The notes beneath the pieces were generated by a model that saw only the letters and a list, made by a program, of their open reading frames with translations, had not been told where the DNA came from and searched no databases. The translations under genes and the position numbers were made by a program. Of a stretch of 64,000 nucleotides of DNA, positions 26,687 to 34,761 are shown in pieces (within the stretch, counting starts at the first letter, position 1; every line of letters begins with the position of its first letter). The stretch is taken from the NCBI GenBank assembly GCA_015231175.1, contig JADGBZ010000007.1:1846-65845 (forward strand). The letters are read 5' to 3'. Origin of the DNA: Magnetococcales bacterium (GTDB lineage: Bacteria > Pseudomonadota > Magnetococcia > Magnetococcales > DC0425bin3).

Positions 26687-27922
26687 ATGTTTTTACGATC
26701 GAAAGTGATCTTTGGCATGACTGCTTTGCAAGGGGTCGTTCTGGTGGCCTTGTTGTTTGGCCGTGAGGGGTTTCATACATCGGGTGGAGTTTTGAGCATT
26801 CTTGTTTTTGCAGGTTTGTTCCCCTTATTCAGTGTGTTCGAGGCATGGCATCTGAGTCAACGCCTGCACCAAAGCCTCCAGAGCATCCATGCGGGATTCC
26901 AGGCTTTGGGAGAGGGGCGTCTGGGCTACGAAATATCTTTGCACCAGCATACCCTTTGCAGGGAAACCGTGCAGGCTTTCAATCGGATGAGTCGGCAGTT
27001 GCAGGAAAACATCGCCAAGCGGGATGTGGCGGAAGGAGATGCCCTGGCAGGAGAAACCTCTGTCGCCGTCACAACCGTTGATCAGGCCACACCAAAAGGT
27101 TCTTCCCTGCCAGCCTCCCTGGAACTGGCGCCCGATCTTTCGTCGGACATGCGGATCCTGTTGGTGGAAGACTCCCCGGAAATGCAGATCTTCACGAGGG
27201 AAATATTGACCTCGGCGGGTTTTGTGGTGGGTGTGGCCAACAATGGTCGTGAGGCCTTGGAAGCCTTGGCATGTGCTCCATTTGACCTCGTTCTCATGGA
27301 TTTGGGCATGCCCGAAATGGATGGCTGGACCGCCGTGCGGCAAATTCGTCAACTCACTTCACGGATGCGGGATGTGCCCATCATCATTTTGACGGGTAAC
27401 ACCTTTCCGGGTGTACGTGAAGCGTGCATGGCCATTGGCGCCCAGGGATATCTCACCAAACCTGTGCAACATGATCTCCTTTTGGGCAGCATCCGGGCCT
27501 TATTGGCCAACCCGGGCCGGGTTGTTGGGTCTTACGGCCCGGTTGCTCTTCCTGAGGCAGATTCGGTGATCACCGCTCTGCCTTTGTTGGACGCTGCCGT
27601 TCTGCAACAAATGGCACGGGATACGGCGCCAGAGTTGGTGCCGCGCATGGTCAGGATTTTCATCCAGGAGGCGGAAAAACGTCGGGAACGTATCTTGCTC
27701 GATGCAACAGGCGGTGACGTGCAGGCTATGCGTTTGGAGATACACGCCTTGAAAAGCAGTGCGGGTACCTTTGGCGCCAAAGCCCTCTACCACGCTTCAA
27801 CGGAGGCCGACCTCGCCGGCAAGAGTGGCGACATGCCGACACTTTTGCGCTGGGGCCAGGCGTTGCCGAATCTCATCCAACGCACCATCCGTGCCTACCA
27901 GATCCATTTTTCGGAGTCGTGA
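26687..27922 (+). CDS. membrane-anchored HAMP-REC-HPt phosphorelay protein
   Basis: 411 aa. Two N-terminal TM helices joined by a loop of only ~8 residues. HAMP-like segment, receiver (ILLVEDSPE, LVLMDLGMPEMDG, YLTKPV), C-terminal HPt (HALKSSAGTFGA). Confidence 0.8.
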   Translation: MFLRSKVIFGMTALQGVVLVALLFGREGFHTSGGVLSILVFAGLFPLFSVFEAWHLSQRLHQSLQSIHAGFQALGEGRLGYEISLHQHTLCRETVQAFNRMSRQLQENIAKRDVAEGDALAGETSVAVTTVDQATPKGSSLPASLELAPDLSSDMRILLVEDSPEMQIFTREILTSAGFVVGVANNGREALEALACAPFDLVLMDLGMPEMDGWTAVRQIRQLTSRMRDVPIIILTGNTFPGVREACMAIGAQGYLTKPVQHDLLLGSIRALLANPGRVVGSYGPVALPEADSVITALPLLDAAVLQQMARDTAPELVPRMVRIFIQEAEKRRERILLDATGGDVQAMRLEIHALKSSAGTFGAKALYHASTEADLAGKSGDMPTLLRWGQALPNLIQRTIRAYQIHFSES

Positions 27923-28031
27923 TGCCAACGCTGCGTTGCAGATAAAGTCAAGGGTGCTGAATAGTGGCTCAACCGTGTCGATTTGATGTGCAGAAATGTT
28001 CCAATGCTCCGGGGACAGCTCAACCATGAAA

Positions 28032-28120
28032 CGGGGTCCAGGGGGCTGGCTCCCTGGCTTTGTCCAGGGCAGCGCCCTGGTGGGGTTCGGGGCGAAGCCC
28101 TGATGAAGGCCTTCATCTCC
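28032..28120 (+). repeat. REP-like ~90-bp element, copy 3
   Basis: About 90% identical to 3876-3965. Lies in the spacer between convergent genes (stops at 27922 and 28162). Confidence 0.75.
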
Positions 28121-28161
28121 CAGCCTTTCTCAAAAGGGTGCCGAATAGATACGGTCAGCCA

Positions 28162-30753
28162 TCAAACTGAAGAGTCGCTCTGCTCGAAGCGAACGGTGTT
28201 GAGCAATTTGGGCTTTGCTGCCACCCTGCTTTCGGAGACCGGATGAAATTTGGGGAAACTGGTGGAATCGTCAACGGAATCCTCTTTTTTGACGCCCATA
28301 CCCAAATCAGCGGATATGATACGCAGATCCAGGGCATCGTCATCCTCCTTCTCAAGCGAATCTTCATCCGCATTTTGAGGAGAATCCCCTTCCGGGCCGG
28401 GTTTATCCATCTGGTAGTGCCCCAGGCCAGCCTCTTCAGACAAGGAACTCAGATCCAGGTCACCATCGTCATCAGACTCTTCGTTCCCTTCACCGTTGGA
28501 TGCAGGGGTGACTTTGGGTGAGTCAATATCCTCCTTTTCCTGGCCCACCCGAGATTTATTGGATGGTGTGGACCTCAGAGAGCTGAACACGAAAGGGATG
28601 CTCTCCAGCGCATTGCCAGAGCCTTCTCCCAATCCCGATTTGAGCACAACCGATTCATCCAGGGATTCGGAGGTCGAAAAGGCGATCGAACCATAGGATG
28701 CTGTAACAGAGACGCCAGTTTTATGAGTCCCTAATTCTGTCGTCTCTTGATCAGGGGTCTCTATATCGGAGATCTCTGATTTACCTTTATGTTGAAATTC
28801 CGCTGTGGAGACCGTGTCGGCTCCGTCCAGCCTGGGCATGATTGCAAGTATCGTGGCATCTTCACTGTGTCCCGCGACCGACTCATCAATTTGTATGTTC
28901 GGCTGATCATCTCCCATGTCCGCTGGTGACACCTCTTGCTGATCCTCTGGCTTGTCGGCCTCTTCCAGATTTCCCATGCGGCGCAGGGCTTCCAGGGCCT
29001 GCCGGCCTTCCAGGGTCAAACGGGCAGAGAGAGGGTCAGTCGGCACATCGGGTCCAGAGAGAGATTCCTCGTGCGCTGCGTGGGGAGCAGAGTCCGCGCC
29101 ATCCGGCTCCATGCGAGGGACGCCCGTGTCCGGGCGGATAGGAGAATCAACATGTTGCGAGGCTGATGTGGCCAAACTCCCGGCAGCCACCGTAGCCACA
29201 ATCGCTGCGACCGGGGCAGCCGGAACCTCTGAGCCGTCCACGACCGGCTCCTGGCGTTCCTTGTTGCCCCTGGACTCTGCTGACTTACCCTTGGTGTCGT
29301 TCTTCCTTTCTGCGGGAACAACAATCTCAAGTATGCTGTCAGGCTCTTCCTGGCTTTTGCGACGTTGGCGAATCCGCCAACCGAGATAGGCCACCATGGC
29401 GATGGCCACACCACCCAGACCAGCATCCTTGACCCAATCAGCCAACTCTTCCACGGAGGAGGCTTGTTCCAGAAACCGCTTGGAAAGGGACTGGGACTGA
29501 TTTTTCAGCACGGCAAGTTGGGTTTCCAAAACTTTGCGTTGCTTTTCGCTCTCCTTGACGCGCTGGTTTGCCTTGGCAAGCTCTGCCTGGATGTTCTCCA
29601 GGGCGACGCTCTTTGGCGCACCGCCTGCTGGAGGTGAGCCACCGGTTGACGGCTCCGCAGCAACATCTCCCCGGTTGGCTGATGCGTTGCTGTCCTGTGA
29701 AGATCCAGCGGTTTGCAGCTGTTCCATACTTTTCGGTTGGGTGGATGAAACCTTCTTGGGAAGCGAAGCCTTCCTCTGGCTCTCGCGCAACCCGGTCCTC
29801 TCTCCGACTGAATGGGGTTGGCCACCTGCCAGATCAGCCTGCTGACTGCTGTGGGATCTGCCCCTGTCACCCCAGGAACCCTTCGTGGCATCCTTTCCTG
29901 AAACTAAGTCGGAAGGTCCATCCCGGCCCATCGCTCCAGAGTTGGTGACACCCTCAGGGGTGGATTTCCAGCTGTTCCGGTGGGACTGGACGATCCGCCA
30001 GGCCTCGGATGGAGAGACGCGGCTCATGTCGCCCACGGAGGGGAGAGAGAGGGTGACGCCAGTGACCAGGCCGAGGATGTTGTCCTTGTAAAATTTGTCG
30101 CGATTGGAGTGCCACAACCCGACCATCACCTGACTTGGGGTCAGGCCACTCCCCTCCCCAACGATCTTGGCGACATCGGCCAAACTTTTTCCTTTGGGTA
30201 CGGGCCCAAAGGTGGTTTCGCGCGGCAGGGTATGATGCTGGAAAGCGGCCTGGGTCGTGGATGCCGGACCATGCGCAGCCGGGGGCAACTTGACAAAGCG
30301 ATGGCTGTCGAACTCCCGGGCGCCCTGCTGGAAATCTTTCTGGGTGGGAGATTCGTGTGAAGAGGAGAGCAAAATCGGGTAGTTGCGAACCAAGGCTCCC
30401 GTGCCTCGCGAGGCCTTGATCAGGACATTGAAAAAAGGCTCCTGAACGGGGCCATCGCTCTCCAGTAACACAGCGGAATCCGTTGCATCTTTTTGCACCT
30501 TGATCCGCAAATTTCCCACCATGCTGGAGCGGAAGAGGTGGACGCGACGATAATCGTTGATCCCCCCCAGGGTGATGTCGCCATCGTCAAAGGTTTCCAG
30601 TGGATGCAAAGTCAGTGGGATGCGAGCCAGGAAGGGTTCCCCGATATGGCTCTTGACTTGGATCTCACCCAGGGAGAAAGCGTTGGCTGTCTGTGGCATC
30701 CCGAGCAGCAAAGCCAACCCAAGCCACGACTTTCCGAGTAACCGGTACTTCAT
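28162..30753 (-). CDS. FimV/HubP-like polar hub protein (FimV N-terminal domain, LysM-like, TM, acidic C-terminal half)
   Basis: ORF track 28162..30855 trimmed to ATG 30753 (signal peptide MKYRLLGKSWLGLALLLGMPQTANA, 863 aa). FimV-type N-terminal motif SLGEIQVKSHIGEPFLARIPL. LysM-like stretch (SLADVAKIVGEGSGLTPSQVMVGLWHSNRDKF). TM VAIAMVAYLGWRIRQRR. Long Asp/Glu/Ser-rich tail. Confidence 0.7.
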   Translation of the reverse strand: MKYRLLGKSWLGLALLLGMPQTANAFSLGEIQVKSHIGEPFLARIPLTLHPLETFDDGDITLGGINDYRRVHLFRSSMVGNLRIKVQKDATDSAVLLESDGPVQEPFFNVLIKASRGTGALVRNYPILLSSSHESPTQKDFQQGAREFDSHRFVKLPPAAHGPASTTQAAFQHHTLPRETTFGPVPKGKSLADVAKIVGEGSGLTPSQVMVGLWHSNRDKFYKDNILGLVTGVTLSLPSVGDMSRVSPSEAWRIVQSHRNSWKSTPEGVTNSGAMGRDGPSDLVSGKDATKGSWGDRGRSHSSQQADLAGGQPHSVGERTGLRESQRKASLPKKVSSTQPKSMEQLQTAGSSQDSNASANRGDVAAEPSTGGSPPAGGAPKSVALENIQAELAKANQRVKESEKQRKVLETQLAVLKNQSQSLSKRFLEQASSVEELADWVKDAGLGGVAIAMVAYLGWRIRQRRKSQEEPDSILEIVVPAERKNDTKGKSAESRGNKERQEPVVDGSEVPAAPVAAIVATVAAGSLATSASQHVDSPIRPDTGVPRMEPDGADSAPHAAHEESLSGPDVPTDPLSARLTLEGRQALEALRRMGNLEEADKPEDQQEVSPADMGDDQPNIQIDESVAGHSEDATILAIMPRLDGADTVSTAEFQHKGKSEISDIETPDQETTELGTHKTGVSVTASYGSIAFSTSESLDESVVLKSGLGEGSGNALESIPFVFSSLRSTPSNKSRVGQEKEDIDSPKVTPASNGEGNEESDDDGDLDLSSLSEEAGLGHYQMDKPGPEGDSPQNADEDSLEKEDDDALDLRIISADLGMGVKKEDSVDDSTSFPKFHPVSESRVAAKPKLLNTVRFEQSDSSV

Positions 30754-30851
30754 GATCACCATCCCGCATGCGATTCCCCCGCTCTCACAACGAGAGACAA
30801 GGCAGAAATCAGGATAAGCAATTTTTGTACCAATAAAATTTCGTGACTCCG

Positions 30852-31790
30852 TCAACCATCCTGAGTGATCCGCTCGACCAACTCCCGGAGGGCCTTTTCA
30901 GCGTGACTGTTCTCCACCTGGCAGGTACCGGCGTTGCGATGGCCGCCGCCGCCATATTGGAGAGCCAACTCACCGACGTTGGTGTTGGACGTCCGGTTCA
31001 GAATGGACTTGCCTATGGCAAAAACCGTATTTTGCTTCTTGACACCCCACAGCACATGGATGGAGATGTTGGTTTCGGGGTACAGGGCATAAATCATGAA
31101 CCGGTTGCCGGCATAAATGGGATCCTGGTCACGCAGATCCAGGACCACCAGATTTTTATGGACGGTCGAACAGGCCCTCAACTGGGCCTTGAATGTCTCT
31201 TCCTGTTGAAAATAGAGATCCACCCGTTCCTTGATGTCGGGCAACTCCATGATCTCGGAGATATCCATGGTACGGCAGTTGTCGATCAACTGCATCATGA
31301 GCTGGTAGTTGGAGATGCGGAATTCCCGAAACCGGCCCAGACCCGTCCGGGCGTCCATGAGAAAGTTCATCAAAACCCACCCGGTGGGGTGAAGTATCTC
31401 TTCTTTGCTGAACAGGGCAGCGTCGCCTTTGTCCACAGCGGCCATCATTTCTGGAGAGACATTGGGCAGAGCATCCGGGCCTCCATAATACTTGTAGACC
31501 ACCCGGGCGGCTGAAGGGGCGTGTGGATCGATGACATGATTCTCCGGTTTTTTGTCACCTCGGCGAATGGTCTCGCTGGCGTGGTGATCGAAGGCGATAT
31601 GCACCCCCTCCACGTAGGGAAGGTTGGTGGTGATATCGTTGCCTGTGATTTCGATCTTGCCGTCTTGCATGTCTTTTGGATGGACAAATTTGATCTCTTC
31701 GATCATGTCCAACTCTTTAAGGATGACGGCACACACCAGGCCATCGAAATCGCTACGGGTTACCAGTCGAAATTTTCTTTTCTCGGCCAC
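30852..31790 (-). CDS. DHH/DHHA1 family phosphoesterase (NrnA/exopolyphosphatase-like)
   Basis: ORF track 30852..31838 (TTG). GTG 31790 has GGGAGA upstream. Motifs DFDGLV, AFDHH, C-terminal GGGGH. Confidence 0.75.
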   Translation of the reverse strand: MAEKRKFRLVTRSDFDGLVCAVILKELDMIEEIKFVHPKDMQDGKIEITGNDITTNLPYVEGVHIAFDHHASETIRRGDKKPENHVIDPHAPSAARVVYKYYGGPDALPNVSPEMMAAVDKGDAALFSKEEILHPTGWVLMNFLMDARTGLGRFREFRISNYQLMMQLIDNCRTMDISEIMELPDIKERVDLYFQQEETFKAQLRACSTVHKNLVVLDLRDQDPIYAGNRFMIYALYPETNISIHVLWGVKKQNTVFAIGKSILNRTSNTNVGELALQYGGGGHRNAGTCQVENSHAEKALRELVERITQDG

Positions 31791-31920
31791 AGCGGAATCT
31801 CCCAGTCGAAAAAACAGGCGCGTTTTCGGTCTTGCCAAGCGATGCCATTCGGGTCAAGAACCCCCAAACACCCCATCCGCCACGCAGGATATCTGGAAAG
31901 TCTCCGTGGGAAAAGGGAAT

Positions 31921-33111
31921 TCATTGAACGCCCCCTCCCAGAAAGGGCAGGAGTTTGTCATAGGCCTCGGCCACGGACCACTCCTGGAGGCGGGCAATGT
32001 TGGCCAGATCGTCGTACTCAACCCGGCGCACTCCTCCTGCCTCGACCAGACCCAAGGGCCCCCAAGGGGTGGAGACCAGGCGTTTGTTGCGACGCCAAAC
32101 CCACCTTTGCATGGTTTGTATCCGAACACCAAGGGTGGTGGATTGCTGCAACATCAAGTGCGCCAACGCATCGGCAGCCGCAGGCTGCACCACAACTTCA
32201 ATGCGTACCGCTGGCCGCCCCTTCTTCATGGTCATGGGAATGAGTCCCACATCCAAGGCGCCGGCTTCAAACAATTTTTCCCACAACATGCCGTACCACT
32301 CCGGATTCATGTCATCCACATGGGCCGACAAAACCGCCACCTGTTCCTGAAAGGGATCCATATCCGTTTTGCCGGGTATGGCAGCCGCTGCCGGTACTTC
32401 GGCCAAAATGCGCAGGGCATTGGCCCGTTCGGGGAGTTCGCGTTGTCCCAACCCGGTGCCTGTTCGGTCGATTCGGGTCAATCCACCCGCTGCTGCAAGG
32501 CTGTGAACCAGGTGGGCCAGAATGGCTGTTCCCGTTGGCGTGGCCGTTTCACCGGTGACATGCTCCGGCTGGAGGGGGATCCGATATTTTTGCACGATCG
32601 CCACCACCGCCGGGGCAGGCACCGGCATTACGCCGTGTTGGCAGCGGACACTGCCCGAACCACACTGCAATGGACCGGTGCTCACCCCGGTCACGCCCAG
32701 ATGTTCAATGGCCCAGGCTGCGCCGCAGATATCCAGAAGGGCATCCATGCCTCCGACTTCGTGAAAATGCACCTCTTCCGGGGGGAGACCGTGAACCGCT
32801 CCCTCCGCTTCGGCCAGGATGGTAAAGATGGCCTCGGCCCGTTGCGCTACGGCTGTCGTGAAACCTGCCCCCCGGATCAATGTCAGAATTTCCGCCAAGT
32901 GGCGGTGATGATGTTCATCCGGCACCTGAACATCGACCCGTATCCCACGCATTCCCCCGCGTCGCGCCACTTCCGCCGCGAGGGTCCAGGCCGGCAACGC
33001 AAGCCCCCGGAGCGCGTGGATCATCGCTTCCCGGTCCACCCCCAGATCCAAACAGGCGCCCAAAAACATGTCGCCGGAGATTCCGGCATCCAATTGCACA
33101 TGCCATTTCAT
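31921..33111 (-). CDS. larC: LarC family nickel insertion protein (DUF111)
   Basis: ORF track 31921..33273 trimmed to ATG 33111 (MKWHVQLDAGISGDMFLGACLDLG, 396 aa). Conserved HFHEVGGMDALLDI and the MKKGRP motif. Confidence 0.8.
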   Translation of the reverse strand: MKWHVQLDAGISGDMFLGACLDLGVDREAMIHALRGLALPAWTLAAEVARRGGMRGIRVDVQVPDEHHHRHLAEILTLIRGAGFTTAVAQRAEAIFTILAEAEGAVHGLPPEEVHFHEVGGMDALLDICGAAWAIEHLGVTGVSTGPLQCGSGSVRCQHGVMPVPAPAVVAIVQKYRIPLQPEHVTGETATPTGTAILAHLVHSLAAAGGLTRIDRTGTGLGQRELPERANALRILAEVPAAAAIPGKTDMDPFQEQVAVLSAHVDDMNPEWYGMLWEKLFEAGALDVGLIPMTMKKGRPAVRIEVVVQPAAADALAHLMLQQSTTLGVRIQTMQRWVWRRNKRLVSTPWGPLGLVEAGGVRRVEYDDLANIARLQEWSVAEAYDKLLPFLGGGVQ

Positions 33112-33119
33112 GGTTTGAC

Positions 33120-33518
33120 TCACTCTTTTTGTTCTTCCCCGATGTGGCGAATGGTCACATCCGGCCAGACCGGGTGGATGGCGGCCAGAATCTCTCGCAC
33201 GGCGCGGGAAATGTCGTTGTGTTCGGAGAACTCGGCCAAGGCGAGTTCGGCGCGTATGCCGAAGAGGGGCCATTCACCTACATCGTCGAGATAAGCTTTG
33301 GCCAGGGCGTAAGCCCAATGGGGGAGATCCTGGGGGTCGTTCAGGTAGGCCGCATAGGGGCGCCGGTCGTTATCTGGACCATCTTCCAGGCTGACCACCC
33401 AGCGTGCAGCAGGAGATTCAACGTAGGCGGCGAGCCATTCGGGAGGGTGATCGCGCCCGATGGCCAGCCAGCGCTGATGGCGTTCCTCCCAGGGGGGGAA
33501 TGTGTGTTCGGTCTCCAT
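33120..33518 (-). CDS. hypothetical protein
   Basis: 132 aa, AAGAGG upstream. Stop lies 8 nt before the larC start (same operon). No recognisable domain. Confidence 0.5.
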   Translation of the reverse strand: METEHTFPPWEERHQRWLAIGRDHPPEWLAAYVESPAARWVVSLEDGPDNDRRPYAAYLNDPQDLPHWAYALAKAYLDDVGEWPLFGIRAELALAEFSEHNDISRAVREILAAIHPVWPDVTIRHIGEEQKE

Positions 33519-33967
33519 GGGGATGGACCTCTTGTCTGTACCGTTCGGTGAGGTGTTTCATCATCATTGTTTTTTGCCGCCCGATGCAGCCCATGTTAAC
33601 AAAGATCAATTTGTGCTCAAAAGGTATTTCTGACAGCGCTTCCGTCATTGTTGTCCAGCCAAAAATGGCAACATAGGCCATATATGTCCAGATATCCGTA
33701 GGGAAGGGTTGGGATCCGTCGGGTTGTATTTTTACTTAAGATATTGAAATTTTTAATTTTTATGTTGCATGTTAACTTTGGCACAATTTGTGGGATAGGG
33801 GTGGTACCGGGATGCGCCATGACTGAGGAGACGGGAACAGGCCATGGCGCGACATTCGGGCGGATCAAATGAGTCGAAAAGGGTGACAGAGGAGACTGCC
33901 TTGCCAGAGTGGTTGGCCGTCTTGGGGATGCCTGTTTGTGACTGTGCGGTACATTGGAGCATTTGAC

Positions 33968-34177
33968 ATGAACTTTCCAGCGATCAATTCGGCTGCGTCA
34001 TCCGGCGCCGCCAAAGCGGCGACAGGATCCTCCAGTCTGTTGAAGTTTGCCGTACAATCCCATTTGATCAAGGGATTGGGCATGGGAGCCGGGATGAGCC
34101 TTGGCGTGGGTGTGTGGGTACTCGGGATTGCCGGGATGGGATACTGGCTCTACCGGAAATATGTACGTCTTTACTGA
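33968..34177 (+). CDS. small membrane protein with Gly-Leu/Gly-Met repeat helix (Mms6/MamG/MamD-like LG motif), paralogue 1
   Basis: ORF track 33938..34177 trimmed to ATG 33968 (GGAG 8 nt upstream), 69 aa. Ala/Ser-rich N-terminus, then KGLGMGAGMSLGVGVWVLGIAGMGYWLYRKYVRLY. GC3 about 64% by hand count. Confidence 0.65.
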   Translation: MNFPAINSAASSGAAKAATGSSSLLKFAVQSHLIKGLGMGAGMSLGVGVWVLGIAGMGYWLYRKYVRLY

Positions 34178-34188
34178 GGGTGACATTC

Positions 34189-34389
34189 ATGATCGCGCAA
34201 AATTCAATGATGGCGGCGAGCAAAGGGGCTGCCGCAAATTCGTCGCTCTCCTTGTCAACCGTTGCGACGGCCCAGTTTATCAAGGAGGCAGGCCTTGGCC
34301 TGGGCATGGGGTTGGGGATCGGAGCTTTTCTGGCGGTTGGTTCCGCCATCGTGGGATGGATGATTTGGCGAAAATACTTGCGGGAGTGA
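34189..34389 (+). CDS. small membrane protein with LG-repeat helix, paralogue 2
   Basis: ORF track 34114..34389 trimmed to ATG 34189 (GAGGG upstream), 66 aa. EAGLGLGMGLGIGAFLAVGSAIVGWMIWRKYLRE. Aligns along its length with paralogue 1. Confidence 0.65.
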   Translation: MIAQNSMMAASKGAAANSSLSLSTVATAQFIKEAGLGLGMGLGIGAFLAVGSAIVGWMIWRKYLRE

Positions 34390-34470
34390 AACTTGACAGG
34401 TGGGGGCCATCGACTGTCGAGCATCATCGATCATTGCGGAAATGGCCATACGCCGTTTTGGAGAGGTCCA

Positions 34471-34761
34471 ATGAATTCTAGAACTTTAGTTATCGCATAT
34501 GATGAAGCAGGCTTGTTTGGCGCACTCGGGCGGGGTGTAACATCTCGGCAAGGAGCGGTTGCAGTCGATGCCGCACGAAGAGCCGAAAAAGGAAGAATGA
34601 CCTTGGCCGGGTTCCATCAGGGGAGAGCTGTCATCATGGTCATGGCCCTCCTCCTGGCGCCATTGGTTATCCTCGGGATCGCAGGTATCCTGGTCTGCGG
34701 CGGATGCAGAGCGATTGGCAAGATGGGTGCGTGTCGTCATGAAAACGTCCGTAAACGGTGA
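34471..34761 (+). CDS. small hypothetical membrane protein with Cys-rich C-terminal tail
   Basis: ORF track 34393..34761 trimmed to ATG 34471 (GGAGAGG 5 nt upstream), 96 aa. C-terminal TM AVIMVMALLLAPLVILGIAGILV followed by CGGCRAIGKMGACRH. Confidence 0.45.
   Translation: MNSRTLVIAYDEAGLFGALGRGVTSRQGAVAVDAARRAEKGRMTLAGFHQGRAVIMVMALLLAPLVILGIAGILVCGGCRAIGKMGACRHENVRKR

Noticed and set aside
31624-33294. 556-aa ORF on the plus strand
   Set aside because: Antisense to the DHH phosphoesterase, larC and the 132-aa gene. The sequence is Arg/Gly/His-rich with no domain features, and the opposite strand carries clear LarC and DHH motifs.
33779-33793. Sigma-54 promoter upstream of the mini-protein operon
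   Set aside because: The -24 element TGGCAC is perfect, but the -12 region lacks the GC dinucleotide at the correct spacing. No enhancer-binding protein gene is nearby. It is mentioned only as a low-confidence possibility in the spacer finding.
33968-34389. Two-peptide (class IIb-like) bacteriocin interpretation of the two Gly-rich mini-proteins
   Set aside because: Not adopted as the primary call. There is no double-glycine-type leader consensus, no C39-peptidase ABC exporter or accessory gene nearby, and the basic C-terminal anchor (RKY) looks like a membrane-retention signal. It is kept as an alternative to test.
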